From positions 1,568,001 through 1,632,000 of the forward strand of contig OY970399.1 of the NCBI GenBank assembly GCA_963720545.1: DNA of 64,000 bases. The letters run 5' to 3'. Within the stretch, counting starts at the first letter, position 1; the number at the start of each line of letters is the position of its first letter. Below the pieces are notes generated by a model. It searched no databases and was not told the DNA's origin. It saw only the letters and a list, made by a program, of their open reading frames with translations. Below are positions 19,004 to 27,327 of the stretch, piece by piece. This stretch comes from an uncultured Acidobacteriota bacterium. Lineage in GTDB: Bacteria > Acidobacteriota > Vicinamibacteria > Fen-336. Both the position numbers and the translations under genes were made by a program.

Positions 19004-19894
19004 CTAAGCGATGGTTTCGGCCGGAACGGCCCGCTTGAACAGGATGAGCGCCACTCCGGCGAGCAGCACCAGCGCACCGGCGAGAAACGGGGGCTTGAGC
19101 GGCACGCCCTCGATGAGCCAGGCCCAGAAGTTTGCGAACGGCGGGTTGAGGAAGACGAACGCTGCCACCTCCGCCGATGGCAGCTTCGTGAGCGCCCAGT
19201 TCCAGACCGCGTAGCCCGCGATCACGCAGACGAGGCTCAGGAAGAGGGCCGAATAGAGCGCCCGGTGATCGGTCAGGAGCAGCGACACGGTGCGGCGTGT
19301 GATCAGGAACAGCATCGGGAAGCTGCCAAGGAACAGGCTGACGAGGTTCTTGTCCCACGCTGAGATGCCCGGGTCGGTTATGCTGCGACCGATCGTCGTG
19401 TAGAACGCCCAGCTGAGTGGCGCCAGTGCGAGAAAGATCGCCCCGGACAGGTAAGGCCAGTCGACCGGCTTCGTCGTGCCGAAGCGGATGACGACGAAGA
19501 GCCCGGCCATGGCCAGGGCCATGCCGGCCATCTGCCGCAAGCCGAAGGCCTCGCCGAAAACGAGGCGTGCCAGGATTGCGATGAACACGGGGCTGAGCGC
19601 GATGACGAGCGATGCGGTTCCCGAAGGCACGCTGCGCAGGCCGAGGAAGAAGAAGAAGTTGTATCCGGGCACGCCGAACAAGCCCATCAGGGCGAGGCGG
19701 CCCCAGGCGCCGCGCGGGATGTGCGGCCGGCGGATGGCGAGCAACACGCCGGTGGCGAGAAACACCGGCGCGAAGCGCGCGGCCAGCGCTTCGCTCACCG
19801 ACAGGTCGTGCTGTAGCCATTGCGCGGTGATGAAGGACAGCGACCACGCCGCGAACAGCAGCACCAGGGCGACATGCACGACCTTCACTTTCAT
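19004..19894 (-). CDS. DMT/EamA family transporter
   Basis: About 10 hydrophobic segments in two EamA repeats; ATGA overlap. Confidence 0.85.
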   Translation of the reverse strand: MKVKVVHVALVLLFAAWSLSFITAQWLQHDLSVSEALAARFAPVFLATGVLLAIRRPHIPRGAWGRLALMGLFGVPGYNFFFFLGLRSVPSGTASLVIALSPVFIAILARLVFGEAFGLRQMAGMALAMAGLFVVIRFGTTKPVDWPYLSGAIFLALAPLSWAFYTTIGRSITDPGISAWDKNLVSLFLGSFPMLFLITRRTVSLLLTDHRALYSALFLSLVCVIAGYAVWNWALTKLPSAEVAAFVFLNPPFANFWAWLIEGVPLKPPFLAGALVLLAGVALILFKRAVPAETIA

Positions 19895-21159
19895 TGCGGA
19901 GCCTGGTGGTTGCGCACGGTGCGCGTCGCGAACCCGACGACCGCAGCCACCAGAATGGTTGCCAAGCCGCCGCTCACCACCGACACCGTCACCCCGGTGA
20001 CGATCGAGGCGAACAGCGAGGCGACGAGGCCGGCCTCGAGTTCGCCAAGCTGGGGGCCGCCGAGGAAAAACAGGCTGTTGACCGAGGTCATGCGCCCGCG
20101 CAGGCCGTCTGGAGTCAGCACCTGGCGCAGCGTCTGGCGGATAACCGTGGAGATGACGTCGGCCAGGCCCGTGAGCGCCAGCGCGAAGAGCGTCAGGGTG
20201 AAGGACCGCGACAGGCCGTAGACGATGGTGGCGACGCCGTAGCCCGCGACCGCCCACAACAGCACGCGGCCCTGACGCTGCGGCAGCGGGCGCACCGAGG
20301 TGTAGAGCGAGCCGATCAGCGCGCCGACGCCGGGTGCCGCCACCAGCCAGCCGTAGCCGCGCGGGCCGACGTGCAGCACCTGGTCGGCGAACACCGGCAG
20401 CAGCGACACCGCGCCCGCGAAGAAGGTGGCGAAGAAGTCGAGCGTCATGGTCCACACCATGATCGGTGTCGTGAAGACGAAGCGCAGCCCCTCGCGCATC
20501 GCGGCAATGGGGCTGCCCGCTTCGGCGGGGACGCCTGGCGCGGGAGCGCCAGAGGTGCGGATGCGCGCCAGCACCAGCAGCACGCCGAGGAAGGACAGCG
20601 CGTTGAGCGCGTAGATGAGCGCCGGGGCGCCGCGCGGGCCGAGCGGCAGCCACGACTCGGCGCTGGCAAGCACCACACCAGCAAGCGCGGGGCCGATGAT
20701 GATGGCGCCCTGGAAGATGGTGAGGTTGAGGGTGATGGCGGCCGGCAGGTCGGCGGGCGGCACCAGCCGCGGTATGTACGCGGAGCGCGACGGGCCGTCG
20801 AAGGCGGAGGCCGCGGCCTGCAGGGCGTTCAGGGTGTAGATGAGCCAGAGGCGGTCGCGATCGAGGAACGTCGCGAGCGCGAGCGACGTGGCGACGATCG
20901 TCAGCGCCGTCTGCGTCAGCAACAGTACCTTGCGCCGGTCGCGGCGGTCGGCCTCGACCCCGCCCCATAGCGAGAACACGATGAGCGGCAGCACCCGCGT
21001 CAGGCCGACGAAGCCGAGCGCCAGAGGCGAACGGGTGAGCAGGTACACGTGCCAGTGCAGCGCCGCCGTCTGCATCTGCGAACCGATCCACGACACGAGA
21101 TGGGCCATCCAGAGGTTGCGGAAGTCGGGATGACGAAGGACGAGGTAGGGCCGGCTCAC
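19891..21159 (-). CDS. MFS transporter (EntS/MFS_3-like)
   Basis: FRNLW...[40 protein letters not shown]. Confidence 0.9.
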   Translation of the reverse strand: MSRPYLVLRHPDFRNLWMAHLVSWIGSQMQTAALHWHVYLLTRSPLALGFVGLTRVLPLIVFSLWGGVEADRRDRRKVLLLTQTALTIVATSLALATFLDRDRLWLIYTLNALQAAASAFDGPSRSAYIPRLVPPADLPAAITLNLTIFQGAIIIGPALAGVVLASAESWLPLGPRGAPALIYALNALSFLGVLLVLARIRTSGAPAPGVPAEAGSPIAAMREGLRFVFTTPIMVWTMTLDFFATFFAGAVSLLPVFADQVLHVGPRGYGWLVAAPGVGALIGSLYTSVRPLPQRQGRVLLWAVAGYGVATIVYGLSRSFTLTLFALALTGLADVISTVIRQTLRQVLTPDGLRGRMTSVNSLFFLGGPQLGELEAGLVASLFASIVTGVTVSVVSGGLATILVAAVVGFATRTVRNHQAPQ

Positions 21160-22763
21160 ATCCGGAAGACGCCGAACTTCGGCTCGCCGATCGGCGCGTT
21201 GAGGGCGGCCGAGATGCCGAGCGCCAGCACCTCCCGGGTCTGCCACGGCGCAATGATGCCGTCGTCCCAGAGCCGCGCGGTCGAATAGTAGGGGCTGCCC
21301 TCGGTCTCGTACTTGGCGAGGATCGGCGCGCGGATAGCCTGGCGTTCCGCGTCGCTGATCGTCTTGCCCGAGCGCAGCAGCTGCTCTTCCTTCACCTGCG
21401 CCAGCACCGACGCCGCCTGCTCGCCGCCCATCACGGAGATACGCGCGTTCGGCCACATCCACAGCTGCCGTGGCTGGTAGGCGCGGCCGCACATGCCGTA
21501 GTTGCCGGCGCCGAAGCTGCCGCCGATGACCACCGTGAACTTCGGCACCTGCGCGTTCGCGACCGCGTGCACCATCTTGGCGCCGTCCTTGGCGATGCCC
21601 TTGTTCTCGTATTCCTTGCCGACGATGAAGCCGGTGATGTTCTGCAGGAACACCAGCGGGATCTTGCGCAGCGCGCACATCTCGATGAAGTGCGTCGCCT
21701 TCAGGGCGCTCTCGGAGAACAGCACGCCGTTGTTGGCGAGGATTCCGACCGGGTAGCCGGCGATGCGCGCGAAGCCGGTGACGAGCGTCGCGCCGTAGCG
21801 CGCCTTGAACTCGGAGAAGCGGCTGCCGTCAACGATGCGCGCGATGACCTCATGGACGTCGTAGGCCTTGCGCGGATTCTTCGGCACGATGCCGCCGAGT
21901 TCTTTCGGGTCGAAGGCTGGCGGCTCCGGCTCGGCCACGTCCCACGGCAGTTCCTTGCGCGCGGTCAGACCCGCCACCACTTCGCGGCCCCAGGCGAGCG
22001 CGTGCTCCTCGTCCAGCGCGTAGTGGTCGGCGACGCCGCTGATGCGCGTGTGTACGTCGGCGCCGCCCAGCTCTTCGGCGCTCACTTCTTCGCCGGTCGC
22101 CGCCTTCACGAGCGGCGGCCCGCCGAGGAAGATGGTGCCGCGGTCCTTCACGATGATGGTCTCGTCGCTCATCGCGGGCACGTAGGCGCCGCCCGCGGTG
22201 CACGAACCGAGGACGATGCTGATCTGGGCGATGCCCGCGGCGCTCATCCGCGCCTCGTTGTAGAAGATGCGGCCGAAGTGATCGCGGTCGGGAAAGACCT
22301 CGGCCTGCAGCGGCAGGAAGGCGCCGCCCGAATCGACGAGATAGACGCACGGCAACCGGTTCTCGGCGGCGATCTCCTGCGCGCGCAGGTGCTTCTTCAC
22401 GGTGAGCGGAAAGTAGGTGCCGCCCTTCACCGTCGGGTCGTTGGCGACGATCATCACCTCGCGGCCGCTGACGCGCCCGATGCCGGTGACGAGCCCCGCG
22501 GCGGGCGCGGCACCCTCGTAGAGCCCGTGGGCCGCGAGCGCGCCGATCTCGAGGAACGGCGATCCGGGATCGAGCAGCGCGTCGATGCGCTCGCGCGGCA
22601 GCAGCTTGTCCTGCTCCTTATGGCGCTTCAGCGCCTCGTCGCCGCCGCCCTTGCGCGCGCCTTGCAGGTGCGAGCGCAGCTCGCCCTCGAGGCCGTCCAT
22701 GTGGGCCTTGTTTTCCTGGAACTCGGCGGCCGCGGTATCGATTTGCGTCTCGAGGAGCACCAC
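21156..22763 (-). CDS. liuB: 3-methylcrotonyl-CoA carboxylase carboxyltransferase (beta) subunit
   Basis: [49 protein letters not shown]-terminal FGVFRM. Confidence 0.96.
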   Translation of the reverse strand: MVLLETQIDTAAAEFQENKAHMDGLEGELRSHLQGARKGGGDEALKRHKEQDKLLPRERIDALLDPGSPFLEIGALAAHGLYEGAAPAAGLVTGIGRVSGREVMIVANDPTVKGGTYFPLTVKKHLRAQEIAAENRLPCVYLVDSGGAFLPLQAEVFPDRDHFGRIFYNEARMSAAGIAQISIVLGSCTAGGAYVPAMSDETIIVKDRGTIFLGGPPLVKAATGEEVSAEELGGADVHTRISGVADHYALDEEHALAWGREVVAGLTARKELPWDVAEPEPPAFDPKELGGIVPKNPRKAYDVHEVIARIVDGSRFSEFKARYGATLVTGFARIAGYPVGILANNGVLFSESALKATHFIEMCALRKIPLVFLQNITGFIVGKEYENKGIAKDGAKMVHAVANAQVPKFTVVIGGSFGAGNYGMCGRAYQPRQLWMWPNARISVMGGEQAASVLAQVKEEQLLRSGKTISDAERQAIRAPILAKYETEGSPYYSTARLWDDGIIAPWQTREVLALGISAALNAPIGEPKFGVFRM

Positions 22764-22819
22764 GGCGGGGATTCTACTAGGCACCCTGAAATCACCGCTG
22801 GTTGCTAGGATTCGGCCTC

Positions 22820-23596
22820 ATGTGGAGTTCGACAGCCTGTCCGCGCTGCGGCGGGACCCAGGCACGCCGCGAAGCCAAGGGCTTCGCCTGCGCCTTCTGC
22901 GGCAGCGCGCTGCGTCCGCGCCTCGCGGCCGGCGACCGCTGCGCCGACGCCAAGGAGCGCGGCCTGTGCGCGGCCGCCGCCGTCAGCCTGTGCCGCAGTT
23001 GCGCCGCGCCGCTCTGCCGTCGTCACGGCACCAGGCGTCCGGTGTATTGGGGAGCACCCCTCGACGCCGCGCGTCTCTTCCCTGCCTGGAACGCCCGTGA
23101 CCTCGCCGACTGGACTGCGCTCTGCGAACCGATGCAGGCGTTCCCTATCCCGGATCTCGTGCCGTTCGAGTGGGTGGACCATCTTGGCCGGGCGAACTAC
23201 GCGATCGGCCGCGACGAAGACGAGGTGCGCGAGGCGCTGCGCGTCACGGCCGCGCCCTACGATGCGGAGGTGGTGGACGAAGCCGTGTGGATCGAGAGCG
23301 TCTGCCGCGGCTGCGAGAGCACGCTGGCGCGCGACGTAGACCGCGAAGTCACCACCGCCGCCCATCGCCACGCGCGGATCGCATTCATAGAGCGGGTCGC
23401 CGCAATCCGCGCCGACCTCGAACAGACGGTCCACTACGCGGAAGCGGTCCTCGGCCGCCCGCTCTCGCCGCGCAAGGTTGCGGGCGGATTCACGGGTGTC
23501 GGCCCGAAGTCGCCGCGCAGCGAATGGGACGCGTGCGGCCAGGACGCGCGGGCGCGCATCGCAAGCGCCGACCGGCTGCGCCGGCTGATGCGATGA
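22820..23596 (+). CDS. Cys-rich zinc-finger (ribbon plus B-box-like) hypothetical protein
   Basis: CPRCG..CAFCG; C..C; CRSCAAPLCRRH; CRGC; extended -10 TGnTAGGAT 8 nt before ATG. Confidence 0.7.
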   Translation: MWSSTACPRCGGTQARREAKGFACAFCGSALRPRLAAGDRCADAKERGLCAAAAVSLCRSCAAPLCRRHGTRRPVYWGAPLDAARLFPAWNARDLADWTALCEPMQAFPIPDLVPFEWVDHLGRANYAIGRDEDEVREALRVTAAPYDAEVVDEAVWIESVCRGCESTLARDVDREVTTAAHRHARIAFIERVAAIRADLEQTVHYAEAVLGRPLSPRKVAGGFTGVGPKSPRSEWDACGQDARARIASADRLRRLMR

Positions 23597-24285
23597 ACCT
23601 GACGAAGGCGCCGTTGCGTACCTTGTTCCTGGACGCCGGCGGCGTCCTCGTGAACCCGAACTGGGATCGCGTGGCCGACGCGATGAACCGCCACGGCGTC
23701 CCCATCACCGGCGACGCGCTGCGTGCCGCCGAACCCCACGCCAAGAAGGAAATGGACGTGCCCTCCCCCATCCCCGTGAGCGACCAGAAGCGCGGCTGGG
23801 TGTATTTCAACCTGGTACTGGGCCAGGCTGGCGTGCAGCCGGCCGACGGCGTCTACAAAGCGCTCGAGGAGCTGCGCACCTATCACCGCACCGAGAACCT
23901 GTGGGAGTCGTCCCCCGCCGACGCCAAGGAAAGCCTGCAGCGCCTGCGCGGCTCGGGGCTGAAGCTGGTGGTCGTCTCCAACGCGAACGGCACCGTCAAG
24001 CACCTCTTCAACCGCCTCGGCCTCGCCCCGTACTTCGACCTCATCCTCGACTCACAGGAAGAGGGCATCGAAAAGCCCGATCCACGCTTCTTCCGCATCG
24101 CCATGGACAAGTCCGGCGCCGACCCCGACTCGACACTGCACGTCGGCGACCTGTACCACGTGGATGTCGTCGGCGCACGCAACGCGTCGCTCCCCGCCAT
24201 TCTGTTCGATGTCGCGGGTCTGTATCCCGACGCCGATTGCCCACGCGTAGCTTCGCTGACCAACCTCGCCGATCTGTTGCTGTAA
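23593..24285 (+). CDS. HAD family hydrolase
   Basis: FLDAGGVL, VVSNA, EKPDP, HVGD..VDVVGA; ATGA overlap. Confidence 0.9.
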   Translation: MNLTKAPLRTLFLDAGGVLVNPNWDRVADAMNRHGVPITGDALRAAEPHAKKEMDVPSPIPVSDQKRGWVYFNLVLGQAGVQPADGVYKALEELRTYHRTENLWESSPADAKESLQRLRGSGLKLVVVSNANGTVKHLFNRLGLAPYFDLILDSQEEGIEKPDPRFFRIAMDKSGADPDSTLHVGDLYHVDVVGARNASLPAILFDVAGLYPDADCPRVASLTNLADLLL

Positions 24286-24345
24286 CTGGCCTACAATTTC
24301 ACACCGCTCAGGCCGACTCGAACCAAGGACACCGCAGGAGGACCA

Positions 24346-26070
24346 GTGAGCTTGACGAGCTTTGCCGGACTACTCGCCGCCTTTACAGCGTCGCTCACTG
24401 CCGCCTGCTCTCCGCCAAAGCCGAAGGTGCAACCCGCGGATGTCGTCATCGTCAGCGGCAAGGTGTGGACCGCCAATGGCACGACGAGTGAAGCCATCGC
24501 GATTCGTGGCGAGGACATCGCGTACGTCGGGAACACCGCCGGAGCGACGGCTTACGTCGGGCCGAACACGCAGCGCTTCGACGGCACCACGCGCCTGGTC
24601 GTGCCTGGGTTCAACGACGCGCACATCCATCTGCTGAGCGGCGCAGAGGCATTGACGCGCATCGACTTGCTGGAGGTCGCGCCCGACCTCGCTTCGGTGC
24701 AGAAGGCGATCGGCGAATTCGCGAAGCAGAATGCCGGTGCCGAGTGGGTGCTGGGGCGCGGCTGGCTGTACGGCACTTTCCCCGGCGGGCTGCCGACGAA
24801 GGACCAGCTCGATGCGTCGGTCGGCGATCGTCCCGCGTACATGGAGTGCTACGACGGCCACTCCGGCTGGGCAAACAGCAAGGCGCTGGCGCTCGCGGGC
24901 ATCACCAAAAACACCAAGGACCCGGTGAACGGCGCCATCGTGCGCGACCCGAAGACCGGCGAGCCAACCGGCGCCCTCAAGGAGGCGGCCACTTCCCTCG
25001 TGGAGAAGGCGATCCCGCGGCCCACGGTCGAGGAGCGCTACGCGCTGCTGCTGCGGGCGTTCGAGAAGCTCAGCTCGCAGGGCATCACCTCGGCGCAGGA
25101 CATGGGCTACGGGGCCAAGTCGATCGCCGACGCGATGGCGCTCGTCGATCGCGCCAGCCGCGAGGGCAAGCAGAGCGTGCGGCTGCAGATGGGCGTCGTC
25201 ATGAGCGAGGACGACTACGCGGAGGCGATCGCCGCCGCCAAACAACAGGCGGCTCGCCCGCAGACGCCGCGGCTGCGCACCAACGCCATGAAGGGCTTCG
25301 TGGACGGCGTCATCGAGGCGCACACCGGCGCGATGCTGGCGCCCTACGCCAACGACAAGACGAGCGGCGTGCCGAACTGGAAGCCGGCGAACCTCGACAC
25401 GGCCGTGACCGCGGCCGACAAGGAAGGCATCCAGGTGCACCTGCACGCGATCGGCGACCGCGGCGTGCGCATGGCGCTCGACGCGTTCCAAGCGGCCGAG
25501 CAGGCAAACGGACCCCGCGACCGCCGCGACCGCATCGAGCACATCGAGACGATCGATGCCGCCGATTACCCGCGCTTCAAGGCGCTCGGCGTGATCGCCT
25601 CGATGCAGCCACTGCACGCCGATCCCAACGGCAACCTGCTCGACGTCTGGGCGGTGAACGCCGGCCCCGAGCGGGCGGCGCGCGGCTTCAGCTGGCAGAA
25701 CCTGCAGAAGGCCGGTGCGATGCTGAACTTCGGCAGCGACTGGCCGGTGGTGACCGCCGACGTCTTCCGCGGCCTGCATGCCGCTGTCACCCGCACCACG
25801 CGCGAAGGCACGCCCGCCGGCGGCTGGCACAAGGAGCAAGCCGTCAGCATCGAGGACGCGCTGCGCCACTACACCATCGACGCCGCCTACGGCGAGTTCG
25901 CCGACAAGGACAAGGGCTCGCTCGAAGTGGGCAAGAAGGGCGACCTCGTGGTGCTTTCAGACGACCTCCTCGCCTCCGGCCCGGAGCAGATCCTGAAGAC
26001 GAAGGTCCTGCTTACGGTCATGAACGGGAAGGTCGTCTACCGCGATCCGGCGTTCGGCCCGACCCGCTAG
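24346..26070 (+). CDS. Amidohydrolase_3 (YtcJ-like) lipoprotein
   Basis: Lipobox-like TAAC; PGFNDAHIH, HAIGDR, RIEHIE, GSDWPV, KGSLEVGK.GDLVVL; SD AGGAGG. Confidence 0.92.
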   Translation: MSLTSFAGLLAAFTASLTAACSPPKPKVQPADVVIVSGKVWTANGTTSEAIAIRGEDIAYVGNTAGATAYVGPNTQRFDGTTRLVVPGFNDAHIHLLSGAEALTRIDLLEVAPDLASVQKAIGEFAKQNAGAEWVLGRGWLYGTFPGGLPTKDQLDASVGDRPAYMECYDGHSGWANSKALALAGITKNTKDPVNGAIVRDPKTGEPTGALKEAATSLVEKAIPRPTVEERYALLLRAFEKLSSQGITSAQDMGYGAKSIADAMALVDRASREGKQSVRLQMGVVMSEDDYAEAIAAAKQQAARPQTPRLRTNAMKGFVDGVIEAHTGAMLAPYANDKTSGVPNWKPANLDTAVTAADKEGIQVHLHAIGDRGVRMALDAFQAAEQANGPRDRRDRIEHIETIDAADYPRFKALGVIASMQPLHADPNGNLLDVWAVNAGPERAARGFSWQNLQKAGAMLNFGSDWPVVTADVFRGLHAAVTRTTREGTPAGGWHKEQAVSIEDALRHYTIDAAYGEFADKDKGSLEVGKKGDLVVLSDDLLASGPEQILKTKVLLTVMNGKVVYRDPAFGPTR

Positions 26071-26171
26071 CCGCGCCGCTTCGCTCGCACCCGCAGCAGC
26101 CGCCTCATCGACGGACCGAAGTACGACTGTCAGCAACGCCAGGGTGCCGGACAGCGCTGCGTCGACGGCGT

Positions 26172-26642
26172 CTACTGCTTCTCGTAGAACGACATGCTGT
26201 CGACGGGCTCACCCTTGGCGTTCTTGCCCTTCGTGGTGGTCGTGCGCGTCTTGCCGTCAGCGGATACGGCGATGGTCTGGGTGACTGTCACCTTGCCTCC
26301 ATGCTTGGTGGTGATCGTCGTGGTCCTGTCGTCGACACGCGTGAGAGCCACGACGTCGCCGTACGGACTATCGCCCATGACGGGATTGTCCTTGCCGTCA
26401 TAGTTCGCGCTGAACGTCCAATGATGCGCCGTGCCGTCGGGGCCCACCAGGTCAACGGTGAACCTGACACCGTTGTCGCCCGCCGCCTCGACCCTGGTGC
26501 TGCCGCTCTTGGCCGGCGCGCCCGTCGATTTCGCCACATTCAGTTGCCAGTCGCCAACCAGCGGATTGGTCGACTGCGCGAGAACGATGCCGCTCGACAA
26601 GCCGACGAGGACTACTGCCGTGAACAGACGCTTTGTGCTCAC
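26172..26642 (-). CDS. Secreted lipocalin-like beta-barrel hypothetical protein (paralogue of 14040-14504)
   Basis: GDWQLNVAKS, NYDGKDNP, VSADGKTRT; signal peptide. Confidence 0.8.
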   Translation of the reverse strand: MSTKRLFTAVVLVGLSSGIVLAQSTNPLVGDWQLNVAKSTGAPAKSGSTRVEAAGDNGVRFTVDLVGPDGTAHHWTFSANYDGKDNPVMGDSPYGDVVALTRVDDRTTTITTKHGGKVTVTQTIAVSADGKTRTTTTKGKNAKGEPVDSMSFYEKQ

Positions 26643-26779
26643 TTTTTTCCGCCTTTCCAATGTCACAGAGGTACCGAGTCCTTGTGAACGGCGCAGTCTG
26701 CCTCTTCGCAACGCCGGAAGCAACGTGCATTGGCAGGACCAGCGGAGATAATGTAAGTGTCCGTTGTCCTGGAGGCCGA

Positions 26780-27286
26780 ATGCAGATGATCGAGCTGTTC
26801 ACCGCGCAGTTGGAGCGCGAATCCGGACCAACGCGGCGAGTGGTGGAGCGCGTTCCCGAACGCCATGACGATTGGAAGCCGCACGTCAAGTCGATGCCCC
26901 TCGGCTATCTCGCCTCACTCGTCGCGACTATGCCCGGCTGGGTGGCGATGGCCATCGAGCAGGACGAGCTCGACCTGAAACCGGCATCGGGAGCGGCGCC
27001 GACACCGAAGCCGAAGAACACGACCGCCGAGCTGCTGAAGGCTTGCGACGACTCTGTCGTGAAGTCGCGCGCTGCGCTCGCGAAGACCACGGAAGCCCAC
27101 CTGTTGACGCCGTGGAAGCTTCTGGTGGGCGGCCAGGTGGTGATGGAACAGCCGCGCCACGTCGTGATTGCCGACGCCTTCACACATCTTGCGCACCACC
27201 GTGGCCAGCTCACCGTGTACCTGCGGCTCCATGACGTGCCTGTGCCGTCGGTTTACGGACCCTCCGCCGACGACCAGCGCTTCTAG
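26780..27286 (+). CDS. DinB family protein
   Basis: TRRVVERVP..WKPH.KSM.LG.LA; HLAHHRGQLTVYLR...VPSVYGPSAD; SD GGAGG. Confidence 0.9.
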   Translation: MQMIELFTAQLERESGPTRRVVERVPERHDDWKPHVKSMPLGYLASLVATMPGWVAMAIEQDELDLKPASGAAPTPKPKNTTAELLKACDDSVVKSRAALAKTTEAHLLTPWKLLVGGQVVMEQPRHVVIADAFTHLAHHRGQLTVYLRLHDVPVPSVYGPSADDQRF

Positions 27287-27327
27287 GACAGCTCGCCTCC
27301 TCGGCGCGTCTGGGCCAGCCGGCCTAC

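Noticed and set aside
26071..26171. Weak nested inverted repeats (TCGACG/CGTCGA, CTGTC/GACAG) between convergent genes
   Set aside because: Stems are short and interrupted; plausible by chance at this GC content.
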